Below, piece after piece: positions 12,627-25,757 of a stretch of 36,821 nucleotides of DNA. The stretch lies in contig NC_068992.1 in the NCBI RefSeq assembly GCF_001194135.2, positions 25,811,595-25,848,415 of the forward strand, written 5' to 3'. The stretch comes from Octopus bimaculoides. Taxonomy: Eukaryota. Numbering within the stretch: the first letter of the stretch is position 1; each line of letters begins with the position of its first letter. The notes under the pieces are model-generated. The model ran no database searches and had not been told where the DNA came from. It was given only the letters and a program-made list of their open reading frames with translations. Both the position numbers and the translations under genes were made by a program.

Positions 12627-13040
12627 AAGACCTGAAAGTTTTGGACAGAAGTTTAGTAGATTAGATCGACTCCAGTACACAACTGGTACTTAGTTCATCG
12701 ACTCCGAACGGATGAAAGACAAAGTCGATCTCGGCGGAATTTTAACTCAGAACATAAAGACAGACGAAATACCGCTGAGCATTTCGCCCGGCGTGCTAAC
12801 GTTCCTTATTTTGTTATTGCCCACAAGGGGCTAAGCATAAAGGGAACAAACAAGGATAGACAAAGAGATGAAGTCGATTACATCGACCCCAGTGTGTACA
12901 TGATACTTAATTTATCGACCCCGAAAGGATGAAAGACAAAGTCAATCTCTGCGGAATTTGAACTCAGAACATAAAGACAGACGAAATATCGCTGAGCATT
13001 TCGCCCTGCGTGCTAATGCTTCTGCCAGCTCACCGCCTTA
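12627..13040 (-). mobile_element. Dimeric SINE family A (second copy)
   Basis: Same two-unit layout and same internal junction (GCTAACGTT.|CTTATTT...TTGCCCACA.GGG) as the reverse complement of 9944-10377. Confidence 0.9.
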
Positions 13041-13073
13041 CTTTTGCATCAATATCACTGTGAAAAAGGCAAA

Positions 13074-13290
13074 GGCGCGTGGCCAAGTGCTTGGTGTGTT
13101 GCTCTCACGATCGCTTCGATATACGGAACGAGAGGCGCCTTGTGTTCTTTAGATAAATACTTCATTTAGAGTTGCTCTATTTCACTCAGCTGTAACAGAG
13201 GAACCCTGTTACGGAGTAGTCTTACGACCGAGGGGTGTATTGGCCTGCCCATCTAACCCCGGGCTGGCATCATTTGAAAGATAATACTAT
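13074..13290 (+). mobile_element. Decayed tRNA-derived SINE (family E), CORE-like centre
   Basis: GGCGCGTGGCCAAGTGC (A-box-like), TTCGATA (B-box remnant), then TTGTGTTCTTTAGATAAATACTTCATTT...CACTCAGCTGT. Single copy here; the family identity is from recall. Confidence 0.5.
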
Positions 13291-13447
13291 TCAAAGCGCG
13301 TTGGGAACAGGAATGTATAGCAAAATCGATCACATGATCAAGTGATCTTTGGCAAGATAGGTGTACGCATTGGGTGTATAGTTCAATCAAGTCACACCCG
13401 AGAAAGAATCTTCCCGTTAATCTATGCAAGCGGCATATCTATCTATA

Positions 13448-13483
<36 letters not shown>

Positions 13484-13518
13484 CTTGAAATTCTTAATTT
13501 CATAAGTAACCTAATGAA

Positions 13519-13903
13519 GTGGAGGCGCGATGGCCTAGTGGGTACGGCATCGGACTTGCGGTCGTAGGATCGCAGTTTCATTTCCCAGAACATCGTTGTG
13601 AGTGTTTATTGAGCGAAAACACCTAAAGCACCACGAGGCTCCGGGATGGAGTGGTGGCAAACCCTGCTGTACTCTTTTCACCACAACTTCCCCTTGGTCT
13701 TTCTTCCTGTTTTTGTTGTAACTGTATTTCAAAGGAGCCAGTCTTGTCACACTCTGTGTCACGCTGAATGTCCCTCGAGAGCTACATTAAGGGTACACGT
13801 GTCTGTGGAGTGCTCAGCAACTTGCACGCTAATTTCACGAGCAGGCGGTTCCGTTGATCGGATCAACTGGAACCCTCGTCGTCGTAACCGACTAAGTGCC
13901 ACG
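13519..13903 (+). mobile_element. Full-length tRNA(Arg-like)-derived SINE family B with target-site duplication
   Basis: Head GTGGAGGCGCGATGGCCTAGTGG...GTTTCATTTCCC. TSD AACCTAATGAA at 13508-13518 and 13904-13914. Homologous to 18762-19158. Confidence 0.93.
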
Positions 13904-14137
13904 AACCTAATGAAGAGTACGACAAGATAGAATCCGTTGTAGTTCAATATTCGACCAGCGATGACTGTCCAGCTGCAGTAGAGCAACGGAACTTCATCTC
14001 ATTCTATTTCTCCTAGTTCTCATCTGTGGGAGCTCTCGTTTCACATGTAGTGGGTCTGTACATATAAATAATTTTAAAAATATATTTGTAGCTAGTTATC
14101 TATATCTATCTGTCCATCTCATTTCTCTAACCCCCCC

Positions 14138-14169
<32 letters not shown>

Positions 14170-14172
14170 TGT

Positions 14173-14224
<52 letters not shown>

Positions 14225-14397
14225 GATTTAAAGGTAAAGTTTGGATTTAAATTCCAGATTTCAACAGCGTTTTGGTTATATCTCTAGTAATATGCTAACA
14301 AAGCACGTTCACTGCCTGTGGCTACCTGCTGTCATCAACGGTAATTGCGCAGTCGTCATTGAATTTACGTCAGGAATCATTCAGTGCACGATGAATA

Positions 14398-14452
14398 TAG
14401 TAGAAACAATGGATACGGAAGATAGAGTCTTCCTTAGCCATTGTTTCTACTA
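14398..14452. ncRNA. Near-perfect hairpin, pre-miRNA-like candidate
   Basis: TAGTAGAAACAATGG-ATAC-GGAAGA-[TAGAG]-TCTTCC-TTAG-CCATTGTTTCTACTA: 15 bp, mismatch, 2 bp, mismatch, 6 bp. Imperfect pairing extends to 14391-14459. Confidence 0.35.
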
Positions 14453-14469
14453 AATATATATATAGCATG

Positions 14470-14814
14470 AGAGAGAGAGAGAGTGAGAGAGAGTGAGAAG
14501 GAGTCTATGGTAAATAGATAGATATAGAGTGAGATAGATAGGAAGGTAGATAGATAGAGAGACAGACAGACAGACTGACAGGCAGACAGACAGACAGGCA
14601 GACAGTCAATCAGGCAGGCAGGCAGGCATACAGACAGACAGATAGGCAGGCAGGAAGGCAGGCAGGCAGGCAGGCAGGTACGTAGTTAGGTAGGTAGGTA
14701 GGTAGGTAGGTAGGTAGGTAGGTAGGTAGGTAGGTAGGTAGGTAGCGTGTCAGCGTGTGCATATATTCTCATTCAGAAATAGCTTCTTTAAGCCTTCTTA
14801 ATTAATATAGATGA

Positions 14815-14872
<58 letters not shown>
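14470..14872. repeat. Compound GA/GATA/GACA/GGCA/GGTA and (GATA)n microsatellites
   Basis: Direct reading. Confidence 0.95.
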
Positions 14873-14946
14873 TGTGTTTGTTTGCATGCGTGAGCTTGTG
14901 CATGTGTTTTCATTCCAAAACAGACCCTTTAACTCTTCTTAAACAG

Positions 14947-15010
14947 ATGTGAGATATAACCTATGTTAGATATAATCTATGTTAGATATAATCAATGTGA
15001 GACATAGTCG
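14947..15010. repeat. 16-bp minisatellite, four units
   Basis: ATGTGAGATATAACCT / ATGTTAGATATAATCT / ATGTTAGATATAATCA / ATGTGAGACATAGTCG. Confidence 0.9.
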
Positions 15011-15305
15011 ATGTATCATTGCAAAAGCACCACTGTGTATGGTTTTATTGATGTGGCTTCCAAACGACCTCGTCTATACCATGGAAGACTGCTGCTTTCC
15101 TTTTTCGGCTTACAGATTCATGTTTTGAGTACTATCTACTTCAAACTTTCATTTACTTATATTTTGTAAGAATTTATGAATCCGCATGTAATTTTGTATG
15201 CACCTGTTAAAATGGAAACGAGAGCTTGGATATGAACACACACAGATATATATATNNNNNNNNNNNNNNNNNNNNNNNNNNNNNNNNNNNNNNNNNNNNN
15301 NNNNN

Positions 15306-15362
<57 letters not shown>

Positions 15363-16109
15363 ATGTATATATATATATAAAGTCTGAAGAAAACATATAT
15401 AATTAAATTTGTGTTATCATGCATATACGTGTGTGTGTTTGCGCGCGCGTGTGTGTGTTTGCGCGCGCGCGTGTGTGTGTGTGTGTAACTCTATATATTT
15501 GTGTGCTAGTGTGTGTTCAGATAAATATTAGTTTTATATATAGCCTTCTTCTTGGTTCCGCTTTGCATGCTGTCAATGTTTCAACAGGACCAGAACGTGG
15601 CATATGCCAACATTTTTAATGATGCACACCCAGCGTTAAATATTCTTCATTTTCGATTTTATCGGGGTTTCGCAACATGGAAAACAGTCACTAATTATTT
15701 CCAAAAACGCTGCTAATACCGAAAAATAAAAAGAAACAAATATACTGATAATGAGTGTGTATTTATAGAGCAAGAATTTTTTCCTAATTTCTTCTCCACC
15801 ATATCTTCATCTTCAAGTTATTTTTTCCTCTTCTTCCTCTTTTTTTTTTTTACTTTTCTTTTGCTTCTGTTTCGTCTTTTTTTAGCTGTTTACCCTCTTC
15901 TCATTTTACTCCTTCCTGCCACATGTATTTTGTAGTAATGCCTTTTGTAATGTTATTCTATTGCTATTATTATTAGAATGGTGCACGTCAAATTCGAACA
16001 CTGCATGATAAAAGCCTTGCGCTATTTATGATTCTTTACATTCTAGATTTTTATGCTGCACTAATGGATTCAGTTCATCATCCTCCGGGAATTATAGTCA
16101 CTGCAATAA

Positions 16110-16761
16110 ACTGTAGCCCACCCACTGCAACAAACTTTGTTGCCCTGTCCTCATTGTCATTGTTATTATTGCCATGCTCTTAAACTATATTGGTGCATAA
16201 CTATTGCAGTAATAGATGACGCTCTGTGTTTCAGTACTATCTGCTGTATTGCATTATGGAAGTATAGAACTGTATTTGTATACTGTATGGCTTTTCTTGC
16301 TGACGACAAGAAAAAACAGATACGTGTTAACTCTACCAGAAAAGAATCAAAAACGATATAAGGGAGACTACTCTCTGAGAAACGACCGAACTACCATGAA
16401 AGCAATGATGAGGAGGATGATTAACTATCATACATGATCGAACCAATATTGAATAGAGAAAACCATTTATCTGTAATGCAAAGTTATTCCGTGCATTTAA
16501 CGATTGCTAAGACACACATGTAGTTAGATCATAGGAGACATTCGGAAGACAGGTTAGAAATTAAAGGAAAAGACTGCAATCAGCTGAAATAGTACTACCC
16601 TGTAGAGTTAAAATTTCATCTACTTTAAACCAACCAAAAATTGCTGGCGGACACCTACCCGTACGAGGTGCTTTCATTTAGAATAAAGGGAGGTGAAAGA
16701 TATTATAGAGTACACTTCCATCAAAGGCACAGCTTCTTTTCCGGGTTTCGACAAAAGTCCT
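16110..16761 (+). pseudogene. Possible decayed coding remnant (hydrophobic segment, basic tail, TIR-box-like segment)
   Basis: One frame of ~217 codons has only 5 internal stops: ...ITIAVIDDALCFSTICCIALWKYRTVFVYCMAFLADDKKKQ...NYHESNDEEDD*LSYMIEPILNRENHLSV... The family resemblance is by eye only. Confidence 0.2.
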
Positions 16762-18761
16762 AAATTATTCTCTAATTTCATTTGAATATGTGTTTAATTG
16801 TATTTTATTAAATGTATTCTATTTTGTTATAGCTGATTTCTTTATTCCTGTGTATTGTATATACTTTTATGCAATTTTGAATTAACCGTGCCTACAAAGC
16901 AAAATGTCTTACAGTCCTACTCACACTATTGCATGACATATTTATCACACCCCTTACTAATTTGAATGCAATTGGGGGTACTTTAGTTTTTAGAAAATGA
17001 GGACAGAGAGCGTCTTTGATAGCGAGGAGCAACAAAATGCGACAGCAAGAGCTGATTTGTCATTTTCAGAAATATGATACTAAGATCAAGAGACTTTTTT
17101 ATCATAATATTTGAGAAAGTAAGACATGAGGCGTAACTGTCGGGTTGGAACTCTCTGGTTATCTAATACTTAGTGACCACTAATAATCACAAGGCTATTC
17201 CGCAGCTTTAACCAATTGGGTCAATGCTCTGAAATAAGGGGTAGGATCTCGTGAGGGGCTAGAGCGTAAGTCAGCTTAACTCGGAATAAAGGTTACAAGA
17301 TTATGTTTTTACTTCGAGTAACAAATATTGAATGATAGTCTTCTATCGGGAGAAGAAACAAAGGAAACAGCAGAACCTTAAACAAAGCACTGTCCTTTAT
17401 TTTGTTTCTTTTTAAAGAATCAACAGTGGGGGCAGCACAATATATAACGTGTAACGTTCTTCTATCAGCAATCAAGAGATCACTGAGAACGACCATCTGA
17501 AAAGACAAGCTGCAAAGTGAACACAAATCAAAAAGAGTGGAGAAAAGTACCGCGGGCCATTATAACCAGCGCTCTAACGACCCAGCCAATTCACCGGCTT
17601 ATGTTGTTGTATAACTCCATGCCAACCCTAGTTTCATCCGTGACAATTACTTTTTGATTTCAGGCAATGTATCTGGACTTTTATCTTAATAATATCCTTT
17701 CAGCTTTTTTAAGATAGCCGGACGTTGTTCGGGGGAATCTTATTTTATCTTGCAGTTTCTCTTTTTTCTTTTTTTTTCGCTCATTTTCTTTTATTTTATT
17801 TTTGTAGTAGAGTAGGATAATTAACAACTTTCAGTAATTAAAGAGAGTGTCATTAAATTCTGAAGAACAGGAGATTACGTTTCAAACTTTATTTTATTTT
17901 CCACATCCGGGTGAGTTTATCTTAGATATGAGCTCTGAATTATTTAAATTACGGAATATCCTTGTAATGTGTGAAATAGCTGAATGTTGAATTTATACAT
18001 TTTTTCTCATATTATTTTCAAAAGCTAAAATTCGAAAATGCTATTAGCCTTAAGATTTACACTCAACCTTGATCCTATTTCAATAGCTATATTTGACAAG
18101 AATTGAAATTAATTAATGTGCTAATTAATTAATTAATTTTATTCATGAGATTTCAAACATATTTATATATTAAAATATTTTTTATATAAAAAAAAAAAAT
18201 AGCAAATTATTATTAACCCTCCATTTTCCCAATTATTTTATCAACACGTGAAGGGTGAGCGACGGCAGATTTTCACTGGTTTGGAATATTATTTCCCCGT
18301 ATATTCTGAGTTCAAATTCCACCGATAATGAATTGGATTTCGAATTTTTACATAGTCTGCATTAAAGAAATAATTAAGTAACGCAATGCTATTGAGATGA
18401 TGACCATGTCACGTTGCGCCACAACAATAAAATCATTCTAAATACATATATTTGAATATAATATACCGCTTAAATTCCCGAATGACGTGCCGTGAAAGAA
18501 ACTCCATGTAATACATTTATCAGTTGAAAATAGCTGCGAAATATGCTTAAAATCACGCAGCATCTTAAAAAGGAATAAAAAATATTGTATAATATAATCT
18601 GCATTGCGCTACGTGGAGTGGTCATATCTAGAACGCTTTCAAACACCTATTCTAGTAAGGTTCACACGGGACAAAATAATTTCTGAATGAAGCACAAAAT
18701 GACAGAAACTGTCCAAAATTTTGCAGCAGCAAAACTTATTAATTTTTACATAACTAGAAGC

Positions 18762-19158
18762 TGTTGTTGTTGTTGGCACTCCATCGTTTACAACGTCGAG
18801 GGTTCCAGTCGATCCGATCAACGGAACGGCCTGCTCGTGAAATTAATGTGCAAGTGGCCGAGCAATCCACAGACACGTGTACCCTTAACGTAGTTCTCGG
18901 GGATATTCAGCGTGACACAGTGCGACAAGGCTGGCCCTTTGAATTACAGGCACAACAGAAATAGGAAGTAAGAGTGAGAGAAAGTTGTGGTGAAAGAGTA
19001 CAACAGGGTTCGCCACCATCCCCTGCCGGAGCTTCGTAGAACTTTAGGTGTTTTCGCTCAATAAACACTGAAAACGCCCGGTCTGGGAATCGAAACTGCG
19101 ATCCTATGATCCTATGACCTAGTCCGTTGCCCTAACCACTGGGCCATTGCGCCTCCAC
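18762..19158 (-). mobile_element. Full-length SINE family B with (AAC)n tail and TSD
   Basis: Reverse complement of 13519-13903. TSD ATAACTAGAAGC (18750-18761) / ATAGCTAGAAGC (19159-19170), one mismatch. Internal 8-bp duplication TCCTATGA in the head. Confidence 0.93.
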
Positions 19159-19921
19159 ATAGCTAGAAGCAACAATGATCTAACCAACAAAACGACGGTT
19201 TTTTTTTTTTTTTTTCATTTTCTAAAAATATGATACCTAATGGCATATCACTAAATATCCTTAGCCGGAAATTATTTTCCTTGTAAGAACAGTTAGTTCT
19301 TATATTATCTCTAACTATAGCTCTCCCTTTGTCTCTCCCATATTACATTTTATTATTTAATTCTAGTTTACCGTCTATTGCTCTATATCTTTGTATCGCT
19401 CTTCACTTCTTTTTTTTTTCTCTCTTTCTCGTTCTAATTCTTCTTCAGTCACAGTAGCTTCCAGCCAGTCAGTCTCTGCTCTCATTTATCTTTATACTAT
19501 TTTTAAATATCTTCATTTTTTTTTTTTTTTTTTTGCATATCTGTACCATTAGATGATACTTTCTGTTTCCTTTTCAATAATGCCCTTCACAGTTTTTGGC
19601 AGTGCTATTTCAAATGTTACAAAATAAAACATCACAGAATCAGGTTTCTAGATAGATCACTCATCAACAAAGGAATGGTAAAAAGAGAGTTATATAAACA
19701 AATGGAAGACACACCTCGGATATTATAATGTTTAGGAACTAGAAGAAATTTCATATATATGCTTTGAAGCAAAGCGGAAGGGGAAATATAATCTGGAAAT
19801 ATATACAATCTCATAGATAGTCATTTGACCGTGGTGAACAACGTTATCTATGAGAAATTAGTCTTCAGAAAATTAATTTTGAATTAATAGGTGCTTTGAA
19901 AATGTTCATGCTACTTATTGA

Positions 19922-19982
<61 letters not shown>

Positions 19983-20050
19983 TATTTGTGTGTGATTGTG
20001 TGTGTGTGTGTATCTGAGTCTGTGTCATTGTGTGTGTATGTGTGTATATT
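19922..20050. repeat. (TA)n(TG)n microsatellite
   Basis: Direct reading. Confidence 0.95.
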
Positions 20051-20205
20051 TGTGTGTCTGTATTTCCCCCCCCCCCATAATCACCTGACAACTGATTTTG
20101 GTGTGTTTACGTACATGTAACGTACCAGGACAAGACTTAGAATAAGTCCTGCGTCCATGTGTTCGACTAAAGGCGATGCTACAGCCCGAAGCTCAAATGT
20201 AAAAC
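20050..20205 (+). mobile_element. Internally deleted SINE family C body
   Basis: CTGACAACTGATTTTGGTGTGTTTACGT...AGAATAAGTCCTG...TTCGACTAAAGGCGATGCTACAGC. Confidence 0.7.
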
Positions 20206-20677
20206 AGCTGCCCACGCCACGATGCAGTGGGTCTGAGACCAGGCCCACTTGGTTAGGAAACCAGTTTATTCGTCAAGAGCAACACTTAATCAATTGAAGA
20301 TTAAATGAATGGAATCAACCTGCGATAGAGCAGAGTATGTTATATATATATGTACCTTGAGTGTTGTATTCAAGTAGGATCAAAGCGTCGTGGGGTAACA
20401 AACCTTGACATTTGAATATCACGTGCAGACTACCCGGTGAGCTTTTACACAGTTTCCATTAAGTCATACACTTAAAAAGCTTAACGAGTGAATATAAGTT
20501 TACACTTCCTAATAGAATTAAAGATATTTTCATATTACATCTAATCCTTTTTAAATGATGATGTAGTTTTTAATATATTTAATGCATCTAGAACTAACTC
20601 AATCACCAAGACAATAACAAAGGAAGAACAACCATTACAACAACATTCATTTTATGCCAGTAAGTTACAAGCTAAAG

Positions 20678-20887
20678 TGACAAACCCGCAAAATCGTGAG
20701 CACATCGTGCAGAAAAATATTTAGCGTCATATCGTCCGTCTCTACTTTCTAACTTCAAATTGCGATGAGTTCGATTTTGCCTTTTATCTTTTCGGAGGTC
20801 GATAAAAAAAAGAAGTATTGTACACTGGGATCGATGTAGCCCATTTTCCCCTATCCTGAAATTGCAGGTCTTGCGCCAAAATTTGAA
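20678..20887 (+). mobile_element. Old decayed SINE family A
   Basis: TTCAAATTGCGATGAGTTCGATTTTGCCTTTTATCTTTTCGGAGGTCGATAA...CTGGGATCGATGTA...CAGGTCTTGCGCCAAAATTTGAA. Confidence 0.7.
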
Positions 20888-21807
20888 GTCGATAAGGTAC
20901 AGGGTACCTTACAGTGGAGAACCTGCATAGAAATTTCCCAGCAATAAGTTGTATATCATACCAGTGATCCTAGCTTTCACAATACCTCAGATTTGTCATT
21001 TCATATTACTATATTACCTACACTTTCAAAATAGTCTTTGTAGGTCGCAAAGTGAAAAATCGATACAGCTGCTAATATGCAGAGTAACATTATAAATTTG
21101 TATAATATACGTTGTATATTTGTATGTTATGTTTATTTTCTTTTCTACAGATCATATTTTAAAGTTCAGTTTTTGAATGTATGACATTTTGCAATTTTAC
21201 TTCTCATTTCTCTTTTGCTACATGACGCATATGTAAAATATATGTAACTTGCATGTTTTTTAAACTTTTTTTTCATATAACATTTATGCTTTTGCAATAT
21301 ATCAAAAGCTGCAAGAAGCCTCGATGTTTTAAACGATTCTTCATGCATGTGATGCAAATATAAATTATATGTTTTAATAATTAATTATCGAACAGGTAAT
21401 TTTTAGAAAGAATTACAGTTTGGAAAGAATAAGAAGAGAAAAAGACTCTTATTTTCTGAAGATGCAAACTGATATATGTTCAAAAGACTTTTCCGACTTC
21501 ATAGCCTTACATTTCCACAAACATTTCTCTACACACATGCGTATAACTCTACATGTTAATCTACGTGCCAATGGTTCTTTATTACAATCTACTAGAACGT
21601 GGTTAAAAACATACATACATACATACATACATAAATACATACATACATACATATGTACATCGTATATATTAACCTAAAAGGAATGTGCAGTCATCAGTGT
21701 CAGTATCACTGGCGATGTGGATAAACTACTTATGGTATGGTGGGACAAGGGACTGAAAGAGAAATTAGCACAGAACTTTATGGATGATATAAACAGAGTA
21801 ACCCGCA

Positions 21808-21845
<38 letters not shown>

Positions 21846-22150
21846 NNNNNNNNNNNNNNNNNNNNNNNNNNNNNNNNNNNNNNNNNNNNNNNNNNNNNNN
21901 NNNNNNNNNNNNNNNNNNNNNNNNNNNNNNNNNNNNNNNNNNNNNNNNNNNNNNNNNNNNNNNNNNNNNNNNNNNNNNNNNNNNNNNNNNNNNNNNNNNN
22001 NNNNNNNNNNNNNNNNNNNNNNNNNNNNNNNNNNNNNNNNNNNNNNNNNNNNNNNNNNNNNNNNNNNNNNNNNNNNNNNNNNNNNNNNNNNNNNNNNNNN
22101 NNNNNNNNNNNNNNATATATGTATCCAGCCATCCAGCTATACATACATAT

Positions 22151-22332
22151 TTATTCTTTTACATGTCATTCATTAGAGTGCGGCCACACTGGAGTACCGC
22201 CTTAAAGGGTTTTAGTCGAACAAATAGACTACAGGGCTTATTTTTTTAAAGCTTAGTACATATTTTATCATACTCCTTTACCATACTGCCACGTTAGGGA
22301 GACCTAAACGCACCAACAGCGTTTGTCAAGCG
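22151..22332 (-). mobile_element. SINE family C body and tail
   Basis: TTATTCTTTTACATGTCATTCATTAGAGTGCGGCCACACTGGAGTACCGCCTT...TTAGTCGAACAAAT...TTGTCAAGCG is the reverse complement of the C consensus. Confidence 0.8.
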
Positions 22333-22346
22333 CAGACCGAAATATA

Positions 22347-23299
<953 letters not shown>

Positions 23300-24199
23300 T
23301 CACATATGCCCACAAACACACTCACACACATTCATATGCATGCTCGCATGTACTATGGTGTATGTATGTGCGTACCTGAGGCCATCATCCAGCCAGAAAC
23401 TGAATAAAATGTACATGTATATTTTATGTATATTTCCTGCACATACATTGAATGCATCAGATGTGAGACAGAAATGTGACATGATCCACTGAAATCAGGA
23501 TTTCTGTTAGTCTTAACAATTAATGAAAATTTATGATTAGGAGAAGTGGTACAGCATCACCCGAAATGGTGTAGCGTGTTACTTGCACCCATTTACTTTG
23601 TTAGTTCAAATTTTATATAAACATTTTTCCAACCATGGTACTTCAGATAGAATATTAGAAAAATAATTCTATAGCTAAATAGACTATTCGATTATCCTAA
23701 ATTACAGAGATTACTTGATGCCATTGTTTAGCTCTGTGTCATCAAAGATTAGCAGACTTTTACTCAAACAACTTCCCGTTAATTGTATCATTTTTCTCTT
23801 TGAGTGGCGTGGCTGGCTTTAATGATGAATCATGTTGTCTTTATTTCAGACTAATACTTCACTCCCAGATAACCATTCAAAAATGCTTGCACATCACAGT
23901 CTAGATAGTTGACGCTGCAAACTGATCTACGTATATATACAGCATTTTTCTACAGCGAGAAATATTCTCCACGAGAAAACACAGTGAATGGTTTGTTTAC
24001 AAGTCCAAACATGCCACAAGCATATTTAAACTGGTAATAACACTGCAGTAAAACATCAAGGACGGTTTTCTGAAATTTGAAAATGGATGTATAGAGCCTT
24101 CCTCCCAGGCATATTTATTAATTTTATTTCACAAAATATAATTATCAGAAATACATTGCCCACATTGAAAAATTGTACAATAAGAGATTAGATAATAGT

Positions 24200-24258
24200 A
24201 TCTCTCTCTCACTCTCTGTCTCCGTGTCTCCCTCTCTTTCTTTCTCTCGCTCTCTCTC

Positions 24259-24292
<34 letters not shown>

Positions 24293-24351
24293 CCTCTTTC
24301 GCTCTCTCCCTCTGTATATATATATATATATATATATATACATACATATAT
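24200..24351. repeat. (CT)n and (TA)n running into gap 24352-25259
   Basis: Direct reading. Confidence 0.95.
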
Positions 24352-25259
24352 NNNNNNNNNNNNNNNNNNNNNNNNNNNNNNNNNNNNNNNNNNNNNNNNN
24401 NNNNNNNNNNNNNNNNNNNNNNNNNNNNNNNNNNNNNNNNNNNNNNNNNNNNNNNNNNNNNNNNNNNNNNNNNNNNNNNNNNNNNNNNNNNNNNNNNNNN
24501 NNNNNNNNNNNNNNNNNNNNNNNNNNNNNNNNNNNNNNNNNNNNNNNNNNNNNNNNNNNNNNNNNNNNNNNNNNNNNNNNNNNNNNNNNNNNNNNNNNNN
24601 NNNNNNNNNNNNNNNNNNNNNNNNNNNNNNNNNNNNNNNNNNNNNNNNNNNNNNNNNNNNNNNNNNNNNNNNNNNNNNNNNNNNNNNNNNNNNNNNNNNN
24701 NNNNNNNNNNNNNNNNNNNNNNNNNNNNNNNNNNNNNNNNNNNNNNNNNNNNNNNNNNNNNNNNNNNNNNNNNNNNNNNNNNNNNNNNNNNNNNNNNNNN
24801 NNNNNNNNNNNNNNNNNNNNNNNNNNNNNNNNNNNNNNNNNNNNNNNNNNNNNNNNNNNNNNNNNNNNNNNNNNNNNNNNNNNNNNNNNNNNNNNNNNNN
24901 NNNNNNNNNNNNNNNNNNNNNNNNNNNNNNNNNNNNNNNNNNNNNNNNNNNNNNNNNNNNNNNNNNNNNNNNNNNNNNNNNNNNNNNNNNNNNNNNNNNN
25001 NNNNNNNNNNNNNNNNNNNNNNNNNNNNNNNNNNNNNNNNNNNNNNNNNNNNNNNNNNNNNNNNNNNNNNNNNNNNNNNNNNNNNNNNNNNNNNNNNNNN
25101 NNNNNNNNNNNNNNNNNNNNNNNNNNNNNNNNNNNNNNNNNNNNNNNNNNNNNNNNNNNNNNNNNNNNNNNNNNNNNNNNNNNNNNNNNNNNNNNNNNNN
25201 NNNNNNNNNNNNNNNNNNNNNNNNNNNNNNNNNNNNNNNNNNNNNNNNNNNNNNNNNNN

Positions 25260-25292
<33 letters not shown>

Positions 25293-25350
25293 TTTATGTG
25301 TATATGTATATATGTTGGTATGTAGGTATGTAGGTATTTATTTATTTATT

Positions 25351-25395
25351 TATGTGTTTCAGCCAAGTGGCTGCGGTCATGCTGGTGCACCACCG
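25351..25395 (-). mobile_element. SINE family C / partner LINE tail fragment
   Basis: GTTTCAGCCAAGTGGCTGCGGTCATGCTGGTGCACCACC is the reverse complement of the shared GGTG..CCAGCATG.CCGCAG...CTGAAAC tail. Confidence 0.65.
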
Positions 25396-25660
25396 TGTAT
25401 GTATGTATTATCTCAGCCAAAGAGTTATTCTGTGCCGACGAAAGGAAATAACCCTGAAACCGTACGGTCCACAAATACGGCTTTCTGTTGGGTGGGGGTG
25501 CTAACTCCCCTATTCGAAAATATAAGGACACAGATCGTGTGTCATATAGCCAGATGTCTTCAGGGAATAAATAACAGTAGCATTCGTTCCAAGACGGACT
25601 GCCACATTAGGATGGCAAATAATTGTTACTATATATATCTATATATAGGCTCCATATCAA

Positions 25661-25757
25661 GCTATGAAGGCTGGAGGGTATATCAGCCAAAACGTCTGAA
25701 CAACAAAGACGAGGACAAAAATCTGTTAAATGTAAATAATGTAAATAACGTAAATAA
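25661..25757 (+). mobile_element. Decayed, 5'-truncated copy of the hammerhead-bearing repeat
   Basis: CTATGAAGGCTGGAGGGTATATCAGCCAAAACGT...ACAAAGACGAGGACAAA..TCTGTTAAATGTAAATAATGTAAATAACGTA matches the reverse complement of 35945-36045. Core mutated (CTGATGA to CTATGA, GAAA to AAAA); stem II perfect. Confidence 0.85.

Noticed and set aside
17293-17526. 77-aa minus ORF with acceptor-like sites
   Set aside because: No recognisable homology and a weak donor; the plus-strand exon alternative has stops in all three frames.
21675-21810. Peptide CAVISVSITGDVDKLLMVWWDKGLKEKLAQ, vaguely RLE-like
   Set aside because: Too short and divergent, truncated by (TA)n and a gap; cannot assign.
24129-25333. 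386-aa ORFs
   Set aside because: Almost entirely an N-gap plus dinucleotide repeats.
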